A stretch of 64,000 bases of DNA from a virus (IMGVR_UViG_3300042901_002340); one strand, 5' to 3'. Shown: positions 18,619-32,243, counted from the first letter of the stretch. The notes: a model not told the origin generated them from the sequence alone. Numbers and translations are program-made.

Positions 18619-21565
18619 TTATCTGGATTTCCCTTCATCCGGATAGACCCTTGATCTGGGTACCTCGATGATCATTTTAACCTTGTCCTCATTCACCTCT
18701 AGAATTTCACCTCTGACATTACCCGACATAACAGGGGTGCAGACTTTGTCACCTTGTCCCATTGTGGGGTTGTAGGCTTTTCTCTTCTGTTCCGCCTTAT
18801 ATGTTCTATAGATGACATAGATAATAAACGAGGCCAGAAATAAAACTAAGACTAATAGAATTAGATTTGTGTAGAGAATAGCATCCTGCATCTCCAAATT
18901 GGATATTGGTAATTTTTTCATGCTCTATCATTTAAGTTGGATCATTGTGCAAGATTCCACACCACGATAAATCAGAACTGTAGTGGAATCGTTTATTTTG
19001 ATTTTATGAAGCCCGTGTGACACCTCATCCATTAGGTGCTCATCCTTAATTGATGAAGTGGTGATGGTTTCTTTAGGTTCTGGTGGTCTTTCTGGCATTT
19101 CGAAAATATCACAGGATGCTGCTGTGATAGCAAGTAGTAGTAAAATTACCTTTTTCATATTATGGTTTTTAAATGGGTTTTGGATTTAGATAGTCTGAAA
19201 TGATTTTGATGATGAGGTTTTTGTTCAGATCGCAACCGATCGGTACCACACACTCCTTGGTGGGGTTTGCTGGATTGGGCTGGATTTCTGCAACATTCTG
19301 ATCTATCAGTGACAGAATTCTATCTGTGTCAAGATCCGGGTATTTCCCTTTCATGTGCTCTTTAAATTTATCTGTCATGGTTCTATTAATTTTAGTGCTT
19401 CTTGTAAACCTGCTTCCAATGCTTCCTCATAAGTTTTAAAACTTCCTTTGGGATAAACAAAGGAGTCTATATCGGTAAAATATTTCCAATGGTAATTTCT
19501 GGTTATACCCATATCAACCAGAACATATATTTTATGGGTTTCTCTTAACCATTTCTGAAGTAGTGATTGGGTTGGTGCTGAATAGTATATTCCACTTGTA
19601 TCATTAGGATATGGAATAATTTTGGTTAGCGTCCCCGATTCCCCGCCGTTTAAATTCCAATCCCATTTACAATTTCTATCAGATTGGTATTCGATACCTT
19701 GAGTTACGTATGGTTTAGCATTAGATTTATTTTGATAGTAAAAATCATATAATTCAATACAAAACCCCTTCTCTTTAGCTGATTTGGCTGTTTCGAATGT
19801 TATTAATTTTTCTTGCATAATTCTATTAATTTTTTAAGACATTCAAGTTCTACTTCTTCGTAGGTTTCATATTTTTCATCTGAAAAGAATAATTCTTGTT
19901 TATTTATTTCAAAAATAGAAAAACACCACTTAGTATAAGTATGAATTTCTTTTCCTATTGGTTCTTCAGGACACTGGATAAAACAATGTAAATTATGTTT
20001 CTCTCTAAAAAATCTAAATGCTTGCTGATATAGAGGTGCTGAAACTATATGTTCTATTGAATGTCCATTCCACTCTCCATAATCGACTTGAAGTTCCCCA
20101 TTATAATATCTTTCATAACAACTGATATTAAATCCAAGTTCTTTAATTTCTAATGCTTGTTCGTAAGGTATAAGTTCCCTTTCCATCTTATTTGGTTTTA
20201 AATCTCCCAGAGATTGGTTGTGATGATCTGTTGTATTCTTAAAGGAGTCTTTCTCCAGTACTCATCGTGACCATCCTTCTTGTTTCTATTCTCATAATTG
20301 ATTCTCCAATACTGAGTTGCCTCCTCCACGCTGTTGAAAGATTCTGGACATCTACCATTAGGTTTATTCCCTAGTAGGTCCGTGATGAGCATGTATTTTA
20401 TTTCTATTTTCATTTTACTTTTCTTTCTTTATCTCTTCGTATCTTTCTATGATTAACAGACATGAATCTCCGACCTTCCATCTTCCCTCATAGGAAAAGG
20501 GTATCTCGACCTCTCTTGTTACTGTGGGTGTCTGAACCCAAATTTTTGGATACAATGGTGCCCTTCCTGTATGCCCTTCTCTAATAGCAGAGACCTTGCC
20601 GTCTATGACATCTTGACCGATAAACTTTAGTTTTCTATTGTCTTCACATGATGCTAATGCGAATATTGCTAAAAATAAGGCTAATTTTTTCATTGTTTAT
20701 ATTTTTATAATTTAAAATGAATCCAATCCTGTGGATTGGCACCGTGGAATATATCCGACCAATTCCACTCCATAAACACAAATAGTACCACGTAGATGAT
20801 TGTGATTATCACAATACCTAAACATCCTATTAATCCACCCAATTCCTCTGTGAACTCACCTTCACTAAGCCATCCTAGCACACCCCAGTAGATCCCGATT
20901 ATTACGAACCACATGACAAAATCTAATACGTGTATTTCCATTAGTCTAATTCTGAATAGTTTTTAAAGAATAAACACAGAAACATAACACCAAATATAGT
21001 TGTCATAATCCATCTGTGAGGTTCGATCGGTTCGTTATACTTGAACTGTGATGCTGAGTATAGTCCAAGAATGAAGCAGTCTAGCATTGCTAGAAATAGG
21101 CTTCCGTAAGTTTTAAATTTTTTCATTTTGTGTTGCTATTATTGGTTCTACTATGGTGTACTCTGTTGAATGTTCACCCTTGGTGAAGACACCTTCCAGT
21201 TTAATGAAATCATACGTTCCTGAATTTCTGGCTATCCATTCAAGAAAGCTTCTAGTTACCTCCTTCACTCCCTCCCTTAAAAGATCTGTATCGTTGGTTA
21301 TCACTATTTTTTTATATCTGCTCGGGGTAAGATTAAAGAATTGCATATTCTCTCCATCAGGGACCGGAAGCACTTGATTTCTGTAGGTATCATAGACGAA
21401 ATCATAAACTAATATATTATCGTCTGCAACAATATAAACGTACTGCGGGATAGAATTATAAAGCTCATTTTCTCCCGTCTTATGCTCTGATGTTATAAAC
21501 ATCTTCTCCTTTGCAAAATGTAACAGACTTAATTTATTGGTTGGAAGTATGTATAGATTTTTCAT
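18619..21565 (-). other. operon of about 11 small hypothetical ORFs, including lipoproteins 18928..19158 and 20415..20693, paralogues 19375..19818 and 19803..20186, and membrane proteins
   Basis: Abutting ORFs downstream of the promoter near 21600; lipoboxes TAASC and ALASC. Confidence 0.7.
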
Positions 21566-21681
21566 TAGTGTATCTGTCCATTATTATGATTTGATATGCA
21601 AATATAAGAAATTCTTTTCGAATAAAAAAATAAAAATGAGGATTTGTTTAACCGATATATACATAAAGAAAATGTTAATTA

Positions 21682-22263
21682 ATGAGACATATAGCTCTAT
21701 TTGAATCTTTCATTAGTGAAAAATTATATCATGGAAACAGAAAGGGAGATTTCCCGCCCAGAATGAAAAGATTCGGTGACTGTATATTTTTAACAAGCAA
21801 TCTTGCATTTGCTAAGGATTTTTCAGGTGCTGACGAGAGATCCGAATTCCCTGATGGTGCAATTTGGGAGGTGTGGTTAAAACCTGATGTTGACCTATGT
21901 GACCCTATGGACCCTAAGATTGCCAAGAAGCTTGACCTTAAGGGTGTGATAGAGAAGATGATATCTGATGGTTATGAGGACGAAACAAACGGTACCAAAT
22001 TTAAACCTGTCACTGTTTCAGGTATGAAGGGATATGATTATGAGGATGATGTAGAGTTTGATGTTAATGATCCTGCTGATAGTGTTTATCACTATCTTTG
22101 GAGAATCAAGCATGGTGCATGGAGAATCATAGAATGTGCTCCTATATTGGAAGCAATTAAAAAATCAGGTTATGATGGATTCTGTTTGCTTGAGAGAGGA
22201 AGCAAGAACGTTGCAATCTTTGATGAGAATTCAATTAGAGAATTTAAAAAAATAGAAGACTAA
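21682..22263 (+). CDS. ADP-ribosyltransferase-like protein (ART-PolyVal-like) with MRHI.LFESF N-terminus
   Basis: LYHG...IFLT.N..FA..F...GYDG...E.G...AIF; GATATATAC promoter. Confidence 0.6.
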   Translation: MRHIALFESFISEKLYHGNRKGDFPPRMKRFGDCIFLTSNLAFAKDFSGADERSEFPDGAIWEVWLKPDVDLCDPMDPKIAKKLDLKGVIEKMISDGYEDETNGTKFKPVTVSGMKGYDYEDDVEFDVNDPADSVYHYLWRIKHGAWRIIECAPILEAIKKSGYDGFCLLERGSKNVAIFDENSIREFKKIED

Positions 22264-22397
22264 TGATACTAAAATTTAATGAGTTCCTGGCTGAAAAGAA
22301 TGATCCGTGCTGGAATGGATTTAAGCAGATAGGTACTAAAAAATTAAACGGAAAAATAGTTCCTAATTGTGTTAGAATTAAGCCTAAGAAAAAATAA
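22263..22397 (+). CDS. 44-aa basic peptide, not in the ORF track
   Basis: MILKFNEFLAEKNDPCWNGFKQIGTKKLNGKIVPNCVRIKPKKK; ATG overlaps the upstream TAA. Confidence 0.65.
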   Translation: MILKFNEFLAEKNDPCWNGFKQIGTKKLNGKIVPNCVRIKPKKK

Positions 22398-22404
22398 GAT
22401 TCTA

Positions 22405-22890
22405 TTATCTTAACCTGTCCGGATTAAGTTCCGTGAGTATATCAAGATAAGGTCTAATAACTACTAATCTCTCCCTCTCCTCCTCATCCTGAAATGAAAT
22501 GGCATCGTACATGTAGTAAAAATCCCATTCTGTGTTATCTCTTATAATATTGTGCAGCTCTCTAGCTGGAGGATTTTGTTCCAGTTCATCTATTATCGAT
22601 TGGACGGTGACCGATTTCTGGTTTGCTAATTCCCCCAAATCCTTCATATAAGCTATGGATAGTTTACAAATTCCCTCATAGAATCTAACATTTTCTGGTT
22701 GGTTTGATTTGGATTTTTCCTCCCTATATAGAGATAGAGCATCACCTATAAGGGTGGATCCATATAAAGGAACATTCGAGCTTGTATGCCTTCTGTTTAT
22801 GGGATTTGCACTCTTGAAAGTAAAATAAAATTTAGTTATCTGTTTGGATACATGTCGGTATGCTTCGTCTATGGAAAGTATATGTTTCAT
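22405..22890 (-). CDS. late protein with MKHILSIDEAY N-terminus
   Basis: GATATATAG four bases before the ATG. Confidence 0.7.
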   Translation of the reverse strand: MKHILSIDEAYRHVSKQITKFYFTFKSANPINRRHTSSNVPLYGSTLIGDALSLYREEKSKSNQPENVRFYEGICKLSIAYMKDLGELANQKSVTVQSIIDELEQNPPARELHNIIRDNTEWDFYYMYDAISFQDEEERERLVVIRPYLDILTELNPDRLR

Positions 22891-24554
22891 AAGCTATATA
22901 TCAGCTCATCTTATCTTTGTCCAGTATATAACACCGTCATATTTGTGCCAATCTCTCCCATATTTTGCTGTCAGTTCTTTTTCAACCTCAGCCTTAGGGT
23001 CTATTCTTCTGCCGAATATTAAATCAAATAGCCACGTTGCTGATGACATTATTTTGATTCTTTAGACTGGGATATCTTGAAATTTAGTCCGCAATCTAGT
23101 AAAAAACAGATTTTGTTTATAAATTTCTGGTCGAATATTGATAACCATCCCATCTCAGATCTAAGTTCTTCAATCTTATTTCGAATCTCTCCGACGTGAT
23201 TAGTGTGGTTTGTTATTATCCAGAGTGCCAAGTTTGTTATCCTTGATTTGAATTCGACTGATAGTATTGCGGAGGAAGCCATCATGCATAAAAGAAGATC
23301 TATGTGCTCGTTCCCGTCTGTTCTAAAGGAGCTGTTTTTATCTGTGTATGTATTTCCCATTATATTATTTTTTGATTTCCTCGTATGGTGCTGTTCTCTC
23401 GTAGTTCGTGATGGTTTGTAATTTACCAACAACAACAGCATCGCAACTACCTCTTGGACATGGGCACATTCTATTGCCTGTTAGAGAGTCTATCTCACAA
23501 CTTTCACATTCGTAAACGTCAATCGTTTTTGATTTTGTGTAATCGTTTCTATGTTTCATAATTTATTCCATTTGAATGATTCATCCAATCCAAGAACTCT
23601 AACGAGACATCCTGCTATGAAACCTAATGCCGTTAATGCACCGAACCAGTACGTTGATTCGACTGAGTATTTCATGATGTCCCAAGTGTGGTTATGCATG
23701 GAGACAAATAGATAACTGAGAGCCATTGCGATTAGTCCGAATGATAGTATTGTTTTCATGATTTTTGTTTTAATTGATATGCAAATATAGGAAATCCTTT
23801 TTGAATAAAAAAATAATTGGATGATTATTTTACTGTGATAAATTTCATTTTGAATTCATCCAGAAGTCTAAGTATCTCATTATTAACCTTTAGGAGTTCC
23901 TCCGTTGTTAACCATAAACCTTCCTTAAGATCACTTAGTGTATATCCGTCTCTATAAATAGCTGTTACGTTTTTTGATTTTGTCTTTCCGTCGTTAATGG
24001 ATTCATAGTTCCTCAGTCTGAATCTGATTACTACTGAGTCATACTCAATGCGTGAATTTTGTGTACATACAACAACTATAAAATCATTAAGTAAGCCTAT
24101 ATAAACCGGTGTTCGTTTATATAGGTTTTCACGCCATCTAATTAAAGCAATATCATCTGCCCTTATTTGGAGGTATTTTATGTTTTGATTTACCATTTTT
24201 AACTGATAATGGGATTTCTATTAGGTCCTTATCGCACCACTCAACTCTTTCATAGAAATAGTTTATGACGATTAGCTTTTTTTTTCTCTGTATTTTTATT
24301 CTTCCTGACACTATTGCATTAGGCAATTCAACTACAAGGTTCCCGTTTTTTAGTTTCTTACCTAGATATAAATTTGTTATTTTAGTAGCAACAGCGATCC
24401 TTATTGTTGCCTTTGCCTTATGTTGGGTGTATATGATCGTGCTGTCCTTAACCTTACCAAACATTTCTATTCCTTCATACCCGTACTTGTAGTATTCAAT
24501 CTTCTGTGAATAGCAGGTAGAAAAAAAAAGAATAAGAAGGACTGGGTATTTCAT

Positions 24555-25301
24555 TTACTCAAAGTTACATATATCTATCGCTCTAGCAACCTCAATCCAT
24601 TCCATTTTGGCAGCTTCACATTCGTCATCCTCGTACTCTTCGTATTCATCCTCATTCATTGGTGGAAAATACTCAGCCTCTAATATGGTGTTCTTTATCT
24701 CTGGTACATCCGCACTAAAATCAATATCAAATTCACCGTCACCCCAATCCCCATTGTCCAATCTTTTTACCACATCGGAAGGCTTATCGTTGGTTTGTAC
24801 GATCCCACCGTCACCACCAACGACCCATACACTCATGTTCCATGGATTTAGATAAACTTGTCCATAGTCATGTGTATAACATTTCTTTGCTGTTTTCTGT
24901 AATTTTTCTATAAGTGGTCTTAGAGAGTCAAGATCATAATTGACCAGGAATGCTCCATCGTTTGGTGATTGCAGGATCGATAGTGTTTCCACACCGTCGG
25001 TAAAAACCCTAACTGTGCTGCTTTCTTCGTGTGTTATCTTGATATTAAATTTAGTTTTTCTCTTCCATTTGGAGTTCTTATATTCATTAAGAACTGCAAC
25101 ACAATCTGTGGTTGACTCAACATCGGATGTGATGTTTGTCATCTTAAATCCTTTTGAATTTGCTGTATGGTTGGTGTCTATCTTAGGCTCTGGTTCCCCT
25201 GATACTTTTCTAAGGTATGATCTCTCATCTTTACTTAGCGAATCAATACCACTCTTGCTGATCTTGTCCAATATGCCGTCTAATCTTCTATCTTCTGCCA
25301 T
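24555..25301 (-). CDS. acidic protein with N-terminal DUF6576-like motif
   Basis: LDGILDKISKSGIDSLSKDERSYL. Confidence 0.6.
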   Translation of the reverse strand: MAEDRRLDGILDKISKSGIDSLSKDERSYLRKVSGEPEPKIDTNHTANSKGFKMTNITSDVESTTDCVAVLNEYKNSKWKRKTKFNIKITHEESSTVRVFTDGVETLSILQSPNDGAFLVNYDLDSLRPLIEKLQKTAKKCYTHDYGQVYLNPWNMSVWVVGGDGGIVQTNDKPSDVVKRLDNGDWGDGEFDIDFSADVPEIKNTILEAEYFPPMNEDEYEEYEDDECEAAKMEWIEVARAIDICNFE

Positions 25302-25637
25302 TATATTTCTCCTATTTTATATTATGAATGTAATATTACTATTTTTATAAATGTTATCCACGATAGAATGGAAAATAAATGAAGTGGTCCAGCATATTTT
25401 TTTCTGAAGCTCTCCAGGTGTGGTGCTGTATGATACTTTAGCTCTTTTTTAGCTTCAATATTCATCAACTCATCATGGTCTGTTTCTTTTACTATCATGA
25501 ATATTACATGTAACTCATACCCAATCAATATAGGTAGAACTGGTAGTGTATAGAGGAATTTTAAGAATCTCATTTTTGATTGTTTTAATATGCAAATATA
25601 TGAAATCCTTTCGGAATAAAAAAATATCATTTCATTT

Positions 25638-26900
25638 TTATATGCCTATCCAACGAATAGGATCCCATTCCATGTTACTTGAGATGTGTTGATTTATAAA
25701 CTCCTCCAGATACGAAGGATTAACAACAGAATCGCTAACCATCACCCGCAGATCATTACTATGTATTTTGTATATTTTTAGATAGACATCATTGGAATAG
25801 TTTCTTTTTCTATTCTCTATCACATATTGGTAAGATGTAGTTTCATAGATGATTAATGCACATAGTTCCGGCAGAGCATCTCTCTTTTCCGTTATTTGAA
25901 AAAGTATTTCCTCTAACCCTTCAATCTTACTTGGTCTTATTGGAAATTCTTTTATCGTGCTATAGTCTGTGAATAGACCATCAACATCAAATGTGAATTT
26001 ACTATTTTTTATTTTATATTTTCCCATACTAAACATTCCATTATATCTTTTATTACTTCTCTTTCCACCTCTTCCGCGTCCATGCGGGGTAGATTGAATC
26101 CAGTTATCCAATATAGACGTTTATTGCCTCTTGTAGTTAATTTTAATCTTTCTATAACTATTGGATTTATTCTCTCGTCAGGTCTTACTATTGGAAACAC
26201 GTCGCACTCGTCGTTATCCCTCCGATATCCGGATTCGAACATAGCGTCAGTGAATATTTCTTTTATATAAACTATTGAATTTTTATCCATGCTATAGATT
26301 TTGCTATTTCTTCCTCCAGTATGCTATTCATCTCCTCAGGTGTATAGTATGTGTAATATTCATCTCCTTCTTCTCCTATCCACCAATGATTGGTATCAAC
26401 AAACCTCTCCATTTTCATGGATAGATTAGGAAGTTCTATATCAATCACCGCTTTATCAAAGACGTTATCTTCAAAGTTTGGTGGGATCAATATAAGATCA
26501 GTTTCAGTTAATCTTTTTAGGACTCCGTCAGGAATGGTGTTGAGTATTACTCTTTTAATGTGTTCCATTCTATCCGTTTCCATTCTATCTCGCCGATTCG
26601 CTTTATTAGATTATCGTTAAGATGCTGTATTTCAAGATCCCCTATTTTATCACTACCCTTACTAAACCAGAAGAATGGTGTGGCGTCACCTCGCACATAG
26701 AACCTAATCATCCATAGAGAAACATCATCTCCCTCCGGGCTTTCATACCACATTTCCCTTTCCTTCGATGCTAATATAATACCACCAGCTATGTTTGCAC
26801 TGAATGTTAATGGAACATCCTTTGAGGTGCACCATTGGACCTTGTCGAAATGATCCGCTGTTAGTAGATATTTACTAGGACATAGCTCTGAAACCAACAT
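25638..26900 (-). other. four ORFs (25638..26111, 26009..26290, 26272..26583, 26547..26900) sharing a C-terminal W-x-x-I/L motif
   Basis: Tails IRWIGI, LVWENIK, IAWIKIQ, IEWNTLKE. Confidence 0.65.
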
Positions 26901-27014
26901 ACATTATTACTTTATGTAAATGTATGAAAAAATAATGAAATAAAAAAATAATTTGTGATAAAATGTTACATTTTGGTATCGTAACATGATATATAGCAGA
27001 AATATGTTCAATCA

Positions 27015-27107
27015 ATGAACCCTGACCCCACCTGTCCTCCCTATGTAATTTATATTTTACTTGGAATTTTCTTTATTGTAGTTACCTGGGATATATTTAA
27101 AAAGTAG
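27015..27107 (+). CDS. 30-aa single-TM peptide, not in the ORF track
   Basis: MNPDPTCPPYVIYILLGIFFIVVTWDIFKK; GATATATAG upstream. Confidence 0.35.
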   Translation: MNPDPTCPPYVIYILLGIFFIVVTWDIFKK

Positions 27108-27501
27108 CTAATTATTTCTTGTATATCTCTACGAATGGAACTATTAAATGGTCGATAAGATCCTGTTTTCTTTTTTCCATTCTCTCTAATGACCTTTCTA
27201 TTTTTCTAATCTCTTCCATAATCGTCACACCTCTATCGATTGGATCTGTTACCTCTTTCCATTCGCTTCTCCATCCACTGCTTTGTCCTGCCGCATTCTT
27301 ATTGCACCAAGATTCAACCTCGTATTCAATATCCTCATCATAGTAGTCTGAATCAAGTATCAGATATGCAAGTACGCATCCATTAGTAAAGTGTTTTTTT
27401 ATTTCTATTACCTTCATTTGAAGTGATTTATTATGCAAATATAACAAAAAAATCCGGATAAAAAATATTTATTCGGATTTAATCACTTGATATTTTTTTT
27501 A

Positions 27502-27909
27502 TTAAAGAACGTCAGCCAGAGGAACGAAGCATTTCTTAACTCCTACAACTTGCCATTCGTTTTCTTTTGTGAAGATGTACCCATACTCCTCATAATCGGA
27601 ATTAGCAAAACCTTCCATTGAATGCTTTACTATAGGTTTTCTAAGATCTTCACCTCTGTCTCTATGGTATGCAACAGTTACGTTGCCAACTGGTTTATCG
27701 AATGTGTGTTCAACACCGTCGACAGGACCAACGTTTTCATTCAGCGAGCTGATGTCTCCCAGTGCTAACAATGCTTTAATTTTTTCTGGATTCGTGTAAT
27801 GCTCAGCTAGAATTTTTCCATTGCGTCTAGGATAACCATCCCAATGACAGTAGATTGATTCAATGCTACCGTCCTCGTTTTCAATACCGATTCTTGATCT
27901 TGTTGCCAT
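27502..27909 (-). CDS. hypothetical phage protein
   Basis: MATRSRIG...SIYCHWDGYP motif. Confidence 0.75.
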   Translation of the reverse strand: MATRSRIGIENEDGSIESIYCHWDGYPRRNGKILAEHYTNPEKIKALLALGDISSLNENVGPVDGVEHTFDKPVGNVTVAYHRDRGEDLRKPIVKHSMEGFANSDYEEYGYIFTKENEWQVVGVKKCFVPLADVL

Positions 27910-29094
27910 TTTTATTTGATTTAATTATTGATTAATTGTTTTTGGCTGGTTAAAGAATATAACCCTTACCTCACTGTTTCTAAAGCCGGAGCTAACCATC
28001 ACGCCATCGAGTTCCCCTCGTTCCTTGACGTCTATGTTATACCACTTTGCTATATAGGTGTATTTTTCAGAATCTGCAAACCCTATAGGTTCTGTTCTGC
28101 ACATCGATCCTCTGGTGTATCCCAGTTCTTGAAGTCTCTTTTCTGCTGAATAATACCCATGAAAATCATCGCCCGCTGGAAATATCTCTTCGTGAACTAT
28201 TTCTCTTCCTAGATAAGTTTTATTTGCCTCCATTATTTGTCTATGATTAGCTCTAAAGTTTTTCCCGATGTCTTAATCACATCATTAGCCCATTCAACGG
28301 CTTCCTCCGTTGAGTCAAATAGTCTACTAACTTGTTCTTTGTAACCCAGATGTACTACCACTTGAGCTCTATTGTACACCTTTTTAGCTGTCTCGTCTAT
28401 TCGATAAAAAGAACAGCCTCTTATTTTCTTGTCGGTTGTATAGTATGATCCACCATCTGAACTCCATCTTGCAGGAAGGTATTCTGTGCTACCAAATGGG
28501 ATCAACCCGAAAAATATATAAGCCTGCTTAGATGGTTTCTCTGGGTAGAACTCATAATCCATTAATTTCTCTCCTCTGACCTCCATCACACTTATTTTCT
28601 CAACATCGAAGTATATTTTTTGCTCCATGATTTTATCTCTTTATGTTAGTTATAGTTCAGCCTCCTCCTCTTTGTAGAATCCGTCTTGGAATCCGATATT
28701 AGTTATGGAATCTCCACCCTCCCAAACAGCTAAAGCTGAAAAGGATCCGGTGCTTTTTTCCAATGCTGGTCTAAGCACTGTACCGATAAATCCTCCTGAC
28801 CCCTCACCCGACATTGCGAGTTTGGTGACGTGAAGATTTCCTTCCTTCAGGATGCCAACAATCTCTTGCTCACATCCACATTGTAGAGAAACCTCCATGG
28901 TGATTGCGTCTTTGATTTTTGGTTCCTTAGGGTGCCAGTCTTTTCTTTGCGATTCATAAAGAGCTGCAAGAGGAATAACCAGATTCTCCATGCTCTTCAT
29001 TTTCCAGGTAGTTACGTTGTATGCCATTGTGTTTTTATTTTGATTACAAGGCAAATATATGAAATCCTTTCCGAATAAAAAAATTATTTAGGAA

Positions 29095-29280
29095 TTATTT
29101 AATCTTTTCGAATTCTAATTCACTATAGAATACAGTTATCTGAGTATATACGCTTGATCCTATTGCAGCTGATGATTGGAGTGTATGCTGTATGACCACA
29201 TTTTTATTCTCCTCTAACCATTTATTAACTTCACGTTCCTGAGAAGTTACATCCCAAGTCTTAAATATTTTTACTTTCAT
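29095..29280 (-). CDS. Cse60/DUF2758-like small protein
   Basis: EREVNKWLEEN.NVVI.......QITVFY. Confidence 0.5.
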   Translation of the reverse strand: MKVKIFKTWDVTSQEREVNKWLEENKNVVIQHTLQSSAAIGSSVYTQITVFYSELEFEKIK

Positions 29281-29596
29281 ATTGTTGCTCTATTAAGTGA
29301 TCTTCTTAGAAATTCCTTGTTAATTTCCTCCCTCGTCTGATAACCCCTTGGTTCATCCTCGTCCGAATACATAACCTCGAATGCTTGGTATTCCCCATCC
29401 CCACCCACACTTGAGTATGTGGATGCTCCATAGATCACGCTAGCCTCCGTACCGTCTCCACCAAACTCTTTTTCGAATTTCATTCGTGCCCGGTGTGGAT
29501 TTATTTTTTCTAGCATACTTGCAACGTCTGTTGGATACCCACTAAGAACGTCTTTAGTAAAAACAAGGTCGTCAAAGCTCTTGATTATAAAAAAAT

Positions 29597-32148
29597 TTAT
29601 TTTAGTTGATTCCATTTTGAGTCCCTTTGTATTGCTTCGAGTATATGCTCGTGTATTACCTCCTCCAGCTCCGATATTTTGCAATGATAGTTATCTATTG
29701 GGGTTTCATACCAAACCGTGTCATCTGAGCTGTCTTCAAATCTTTTTATAACTATTTTGTAGCCAGCTACATAATGAACCGAAGTGACACCATAGATGTT
29801 CGGTCTTGCTTCTATTATACCCTGGAATGGTCTTCCAAAGCATATATCTTTTAGTTTTATAGGTCTCTTAACTCCATCGTCATTTGCTATAAATTTATCC
29901 AGTACAGAATCTACTTCGTTAAAAAAATGCCGTCTTTTTTCTCTTTGTAGCATCTCCTTAGCCTGCAGTCCACGGGAGTTAGTAAAAATCATATTAGCTG
30001 TTTCCATTTTACTTTGAAAATTAGGTCTTTAGCTTTAAGTGAAATTCTTATTGGACCATCATACTTTGGCTTTTTTATTGATATTCGATCATTAGTCATA
30101 TCAATGGTGTCAACCACCACAGTTGCTCCCTTAGGGTAATAACCTCCAAATTTGGTATAAACCGATCTTCTAAGTGTTGCTTCTCCCATCCCTAATGATT
30201 TGATATGCAAATATAAGAAATCCTTTTTGAATAAAAAAATTATTTTTATCTTAATTTAACCCATTTGATATCTAAAAAATTAAAATCTGATGCCTCGCCA
30301 AAAAAGAAATCGGATCTATCCAGTTTTAGTATCTTATAAGATGAAAGAGCTGATGTTTGGTAGATTTCCTCCACTATAACCAACTCTCCAGGATCAAAGT
30401 TAAATTTTATTGATTGGTCTTCTAGCACATCCCCACTAGTGTAGCCATATTTTAAAACTGCGTGTCTCTCCATCATTTAATTCTCTCCCATTTTATAACA
30501 AACTCCTCGACCCATTCCTCCCTTATGTGTGTTGCAAATGGTTTATCAAATTTGCAAATTGTTACCAAACCAGTCATATCCTCCGATGTACCTATCCAAA
30601 CAACCTCTCCTTCCTTCCATGTGAGATCTTTTCCGAATATCGACGTCTCGAATTCTTTCTTTACTATTGCTAATCTAGGAGTCTCTTCGTTCATCTTAGT
30701 TTATTCCAATTAATTATTATTTCCTCCAGATACTCCTCCCTTGTAACCAGATGATGATACCTAGGGGCTACATCTGCATCCAATTTGCTACAATATACAA
30801 TTCCTATGTTGTCCTTTTTGATATATTCGACAACTTCTCCCTTCAACCATTCTATTTTTTCATCTGTCCTGTACATAATGGTAGCAAAACTATCACCAAG
30901 TATACCTATTTTGATTTCTCTAGCCAAACTTATTTTTTTATGGTTTCCCAATTAACATCTACAAAATCCAGATGACTTCTAGAGACAATAAGCCTATCTC
31001 GACGATCATAAATACTGGTACCTTCCACTGATTCATTTAACCTTAAACAATACCATAGAGGAGATTCAGGATTTCTGTTGTGTTTCGTGACCTGTACGAC
31101 CTCATTCTCCTCCCATGATATTAATCCATCAGATTGATAATTGTTTGTCTTAAATGCCTTATTAAGGACCGCTATATGCACATCTTTTACCTCAATTGCT
31201 TCCATATTTTTATCTTATCTGCTTCCATTCCACGTTTTCTATTGGTGTTATTTTTCTTCTAAGAACCATGAATGGTTTTGCTCCTTCAGGTTTAACCTCG
31301 TCGATGACTGTGCAATAGCTGTCCGTTAGATTTATAATCCTTATAAAATCACCCATCTTAAACCGTCTAACCTTTATCTGATTAGATCCTCCCGATGTTA
31401 TAAACACATCCTCATTAATGATAGCTATCTCTCCTTTATCCATTTCATTCCTAAAGAACTAAAAACATAACTAATATTTGGGAGGTGCTGGCGGTTTGGG
31501 TGCTGGTATCTTCATAACGTGTGTCGGTACTCTTCTACCACACCACCCAAAATTGAATGAGAATGTGGTCTTTGAGAACTTTGCCTTTCTGACCTGTCCA
31601 TCCATAAAGATGTAGCAATCAAATTCTGTTTCCTTCTTGAAATCAAAATCCTCCGTTTTTATCCATTTACATAACATAATTAATTCAATTAAAATTTTAA
31701 ATTATAACTATCTGATTCTTTCCCATTTTGGCCATAGAGTTCCATAATACCTCCATTCGACATCTTTAAGTGGCTCAACAAAGGTAGTTGATGTGTATAC
31801 CCTTTCTCCTCCAGGAAACAGGAGAAGAAGATCCAGAACGTATCTTGATTTCTCGCCTATCGCAATCATGGGTTCTGTTATAAATGAAAGATTGGTCTCC
31901 ATGACTAATGCAGGATTTTCTTTAAATAGAGGATCTATTCCATAACGCTTCGCACCGTTATCAAAATCTAAATTTCCGCTTCCGTCTCTTACTCTAACTA
32001 AATCACCGATTGATACCTTAAATTCACACTCTGTTTTAACACGATCTAATCTTTCTTGATGTTCCCTACCCAGAACTATCTCCTCAAAAATCTTCTCCTC
32101 TCGATTAAATCGGATATAGGTTTTGTATAGTTCTGATTGTTTTAACAT
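29597..32148 (-). other. cluster of small, often SH3/KOW-like ORFs ending in W-x-x-I/L-K/R (29597..30007, 29989..30189, 30246..30476, 30473..30694, 30691..30951, 30930..31205, 31210..31443, 31708..32148)
   Basis: Tails KWNQLK, KWKQLI, KWVKLR, KWERIK, NWNKLR, NWETIKK, EWKQIR, KWERIR. Confidence 0.7.
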
Positions 32149-32226
32149 TCGGTGAATCTTTTTACAAATATATGAAATCATTTCAATATAAAAAAATAAT
32201 TGGGAATATATTTTCTGTATCCGAAA

Positions 32227-32243
32227 CACCGTCGGCAACGGTG
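32227..32243. promoter_or_regulatory. Motif A palindrome, copy 10
   Basis: caccgtcggcaacggtg; terminator at 32271-32302. Confidence 0.8.

Noticed and set aside
26225-26245. tRNA T-loop-like GGATTCGAAC
   Set aside because: It lies inside a coding region and no cloverleaf can be built around it.
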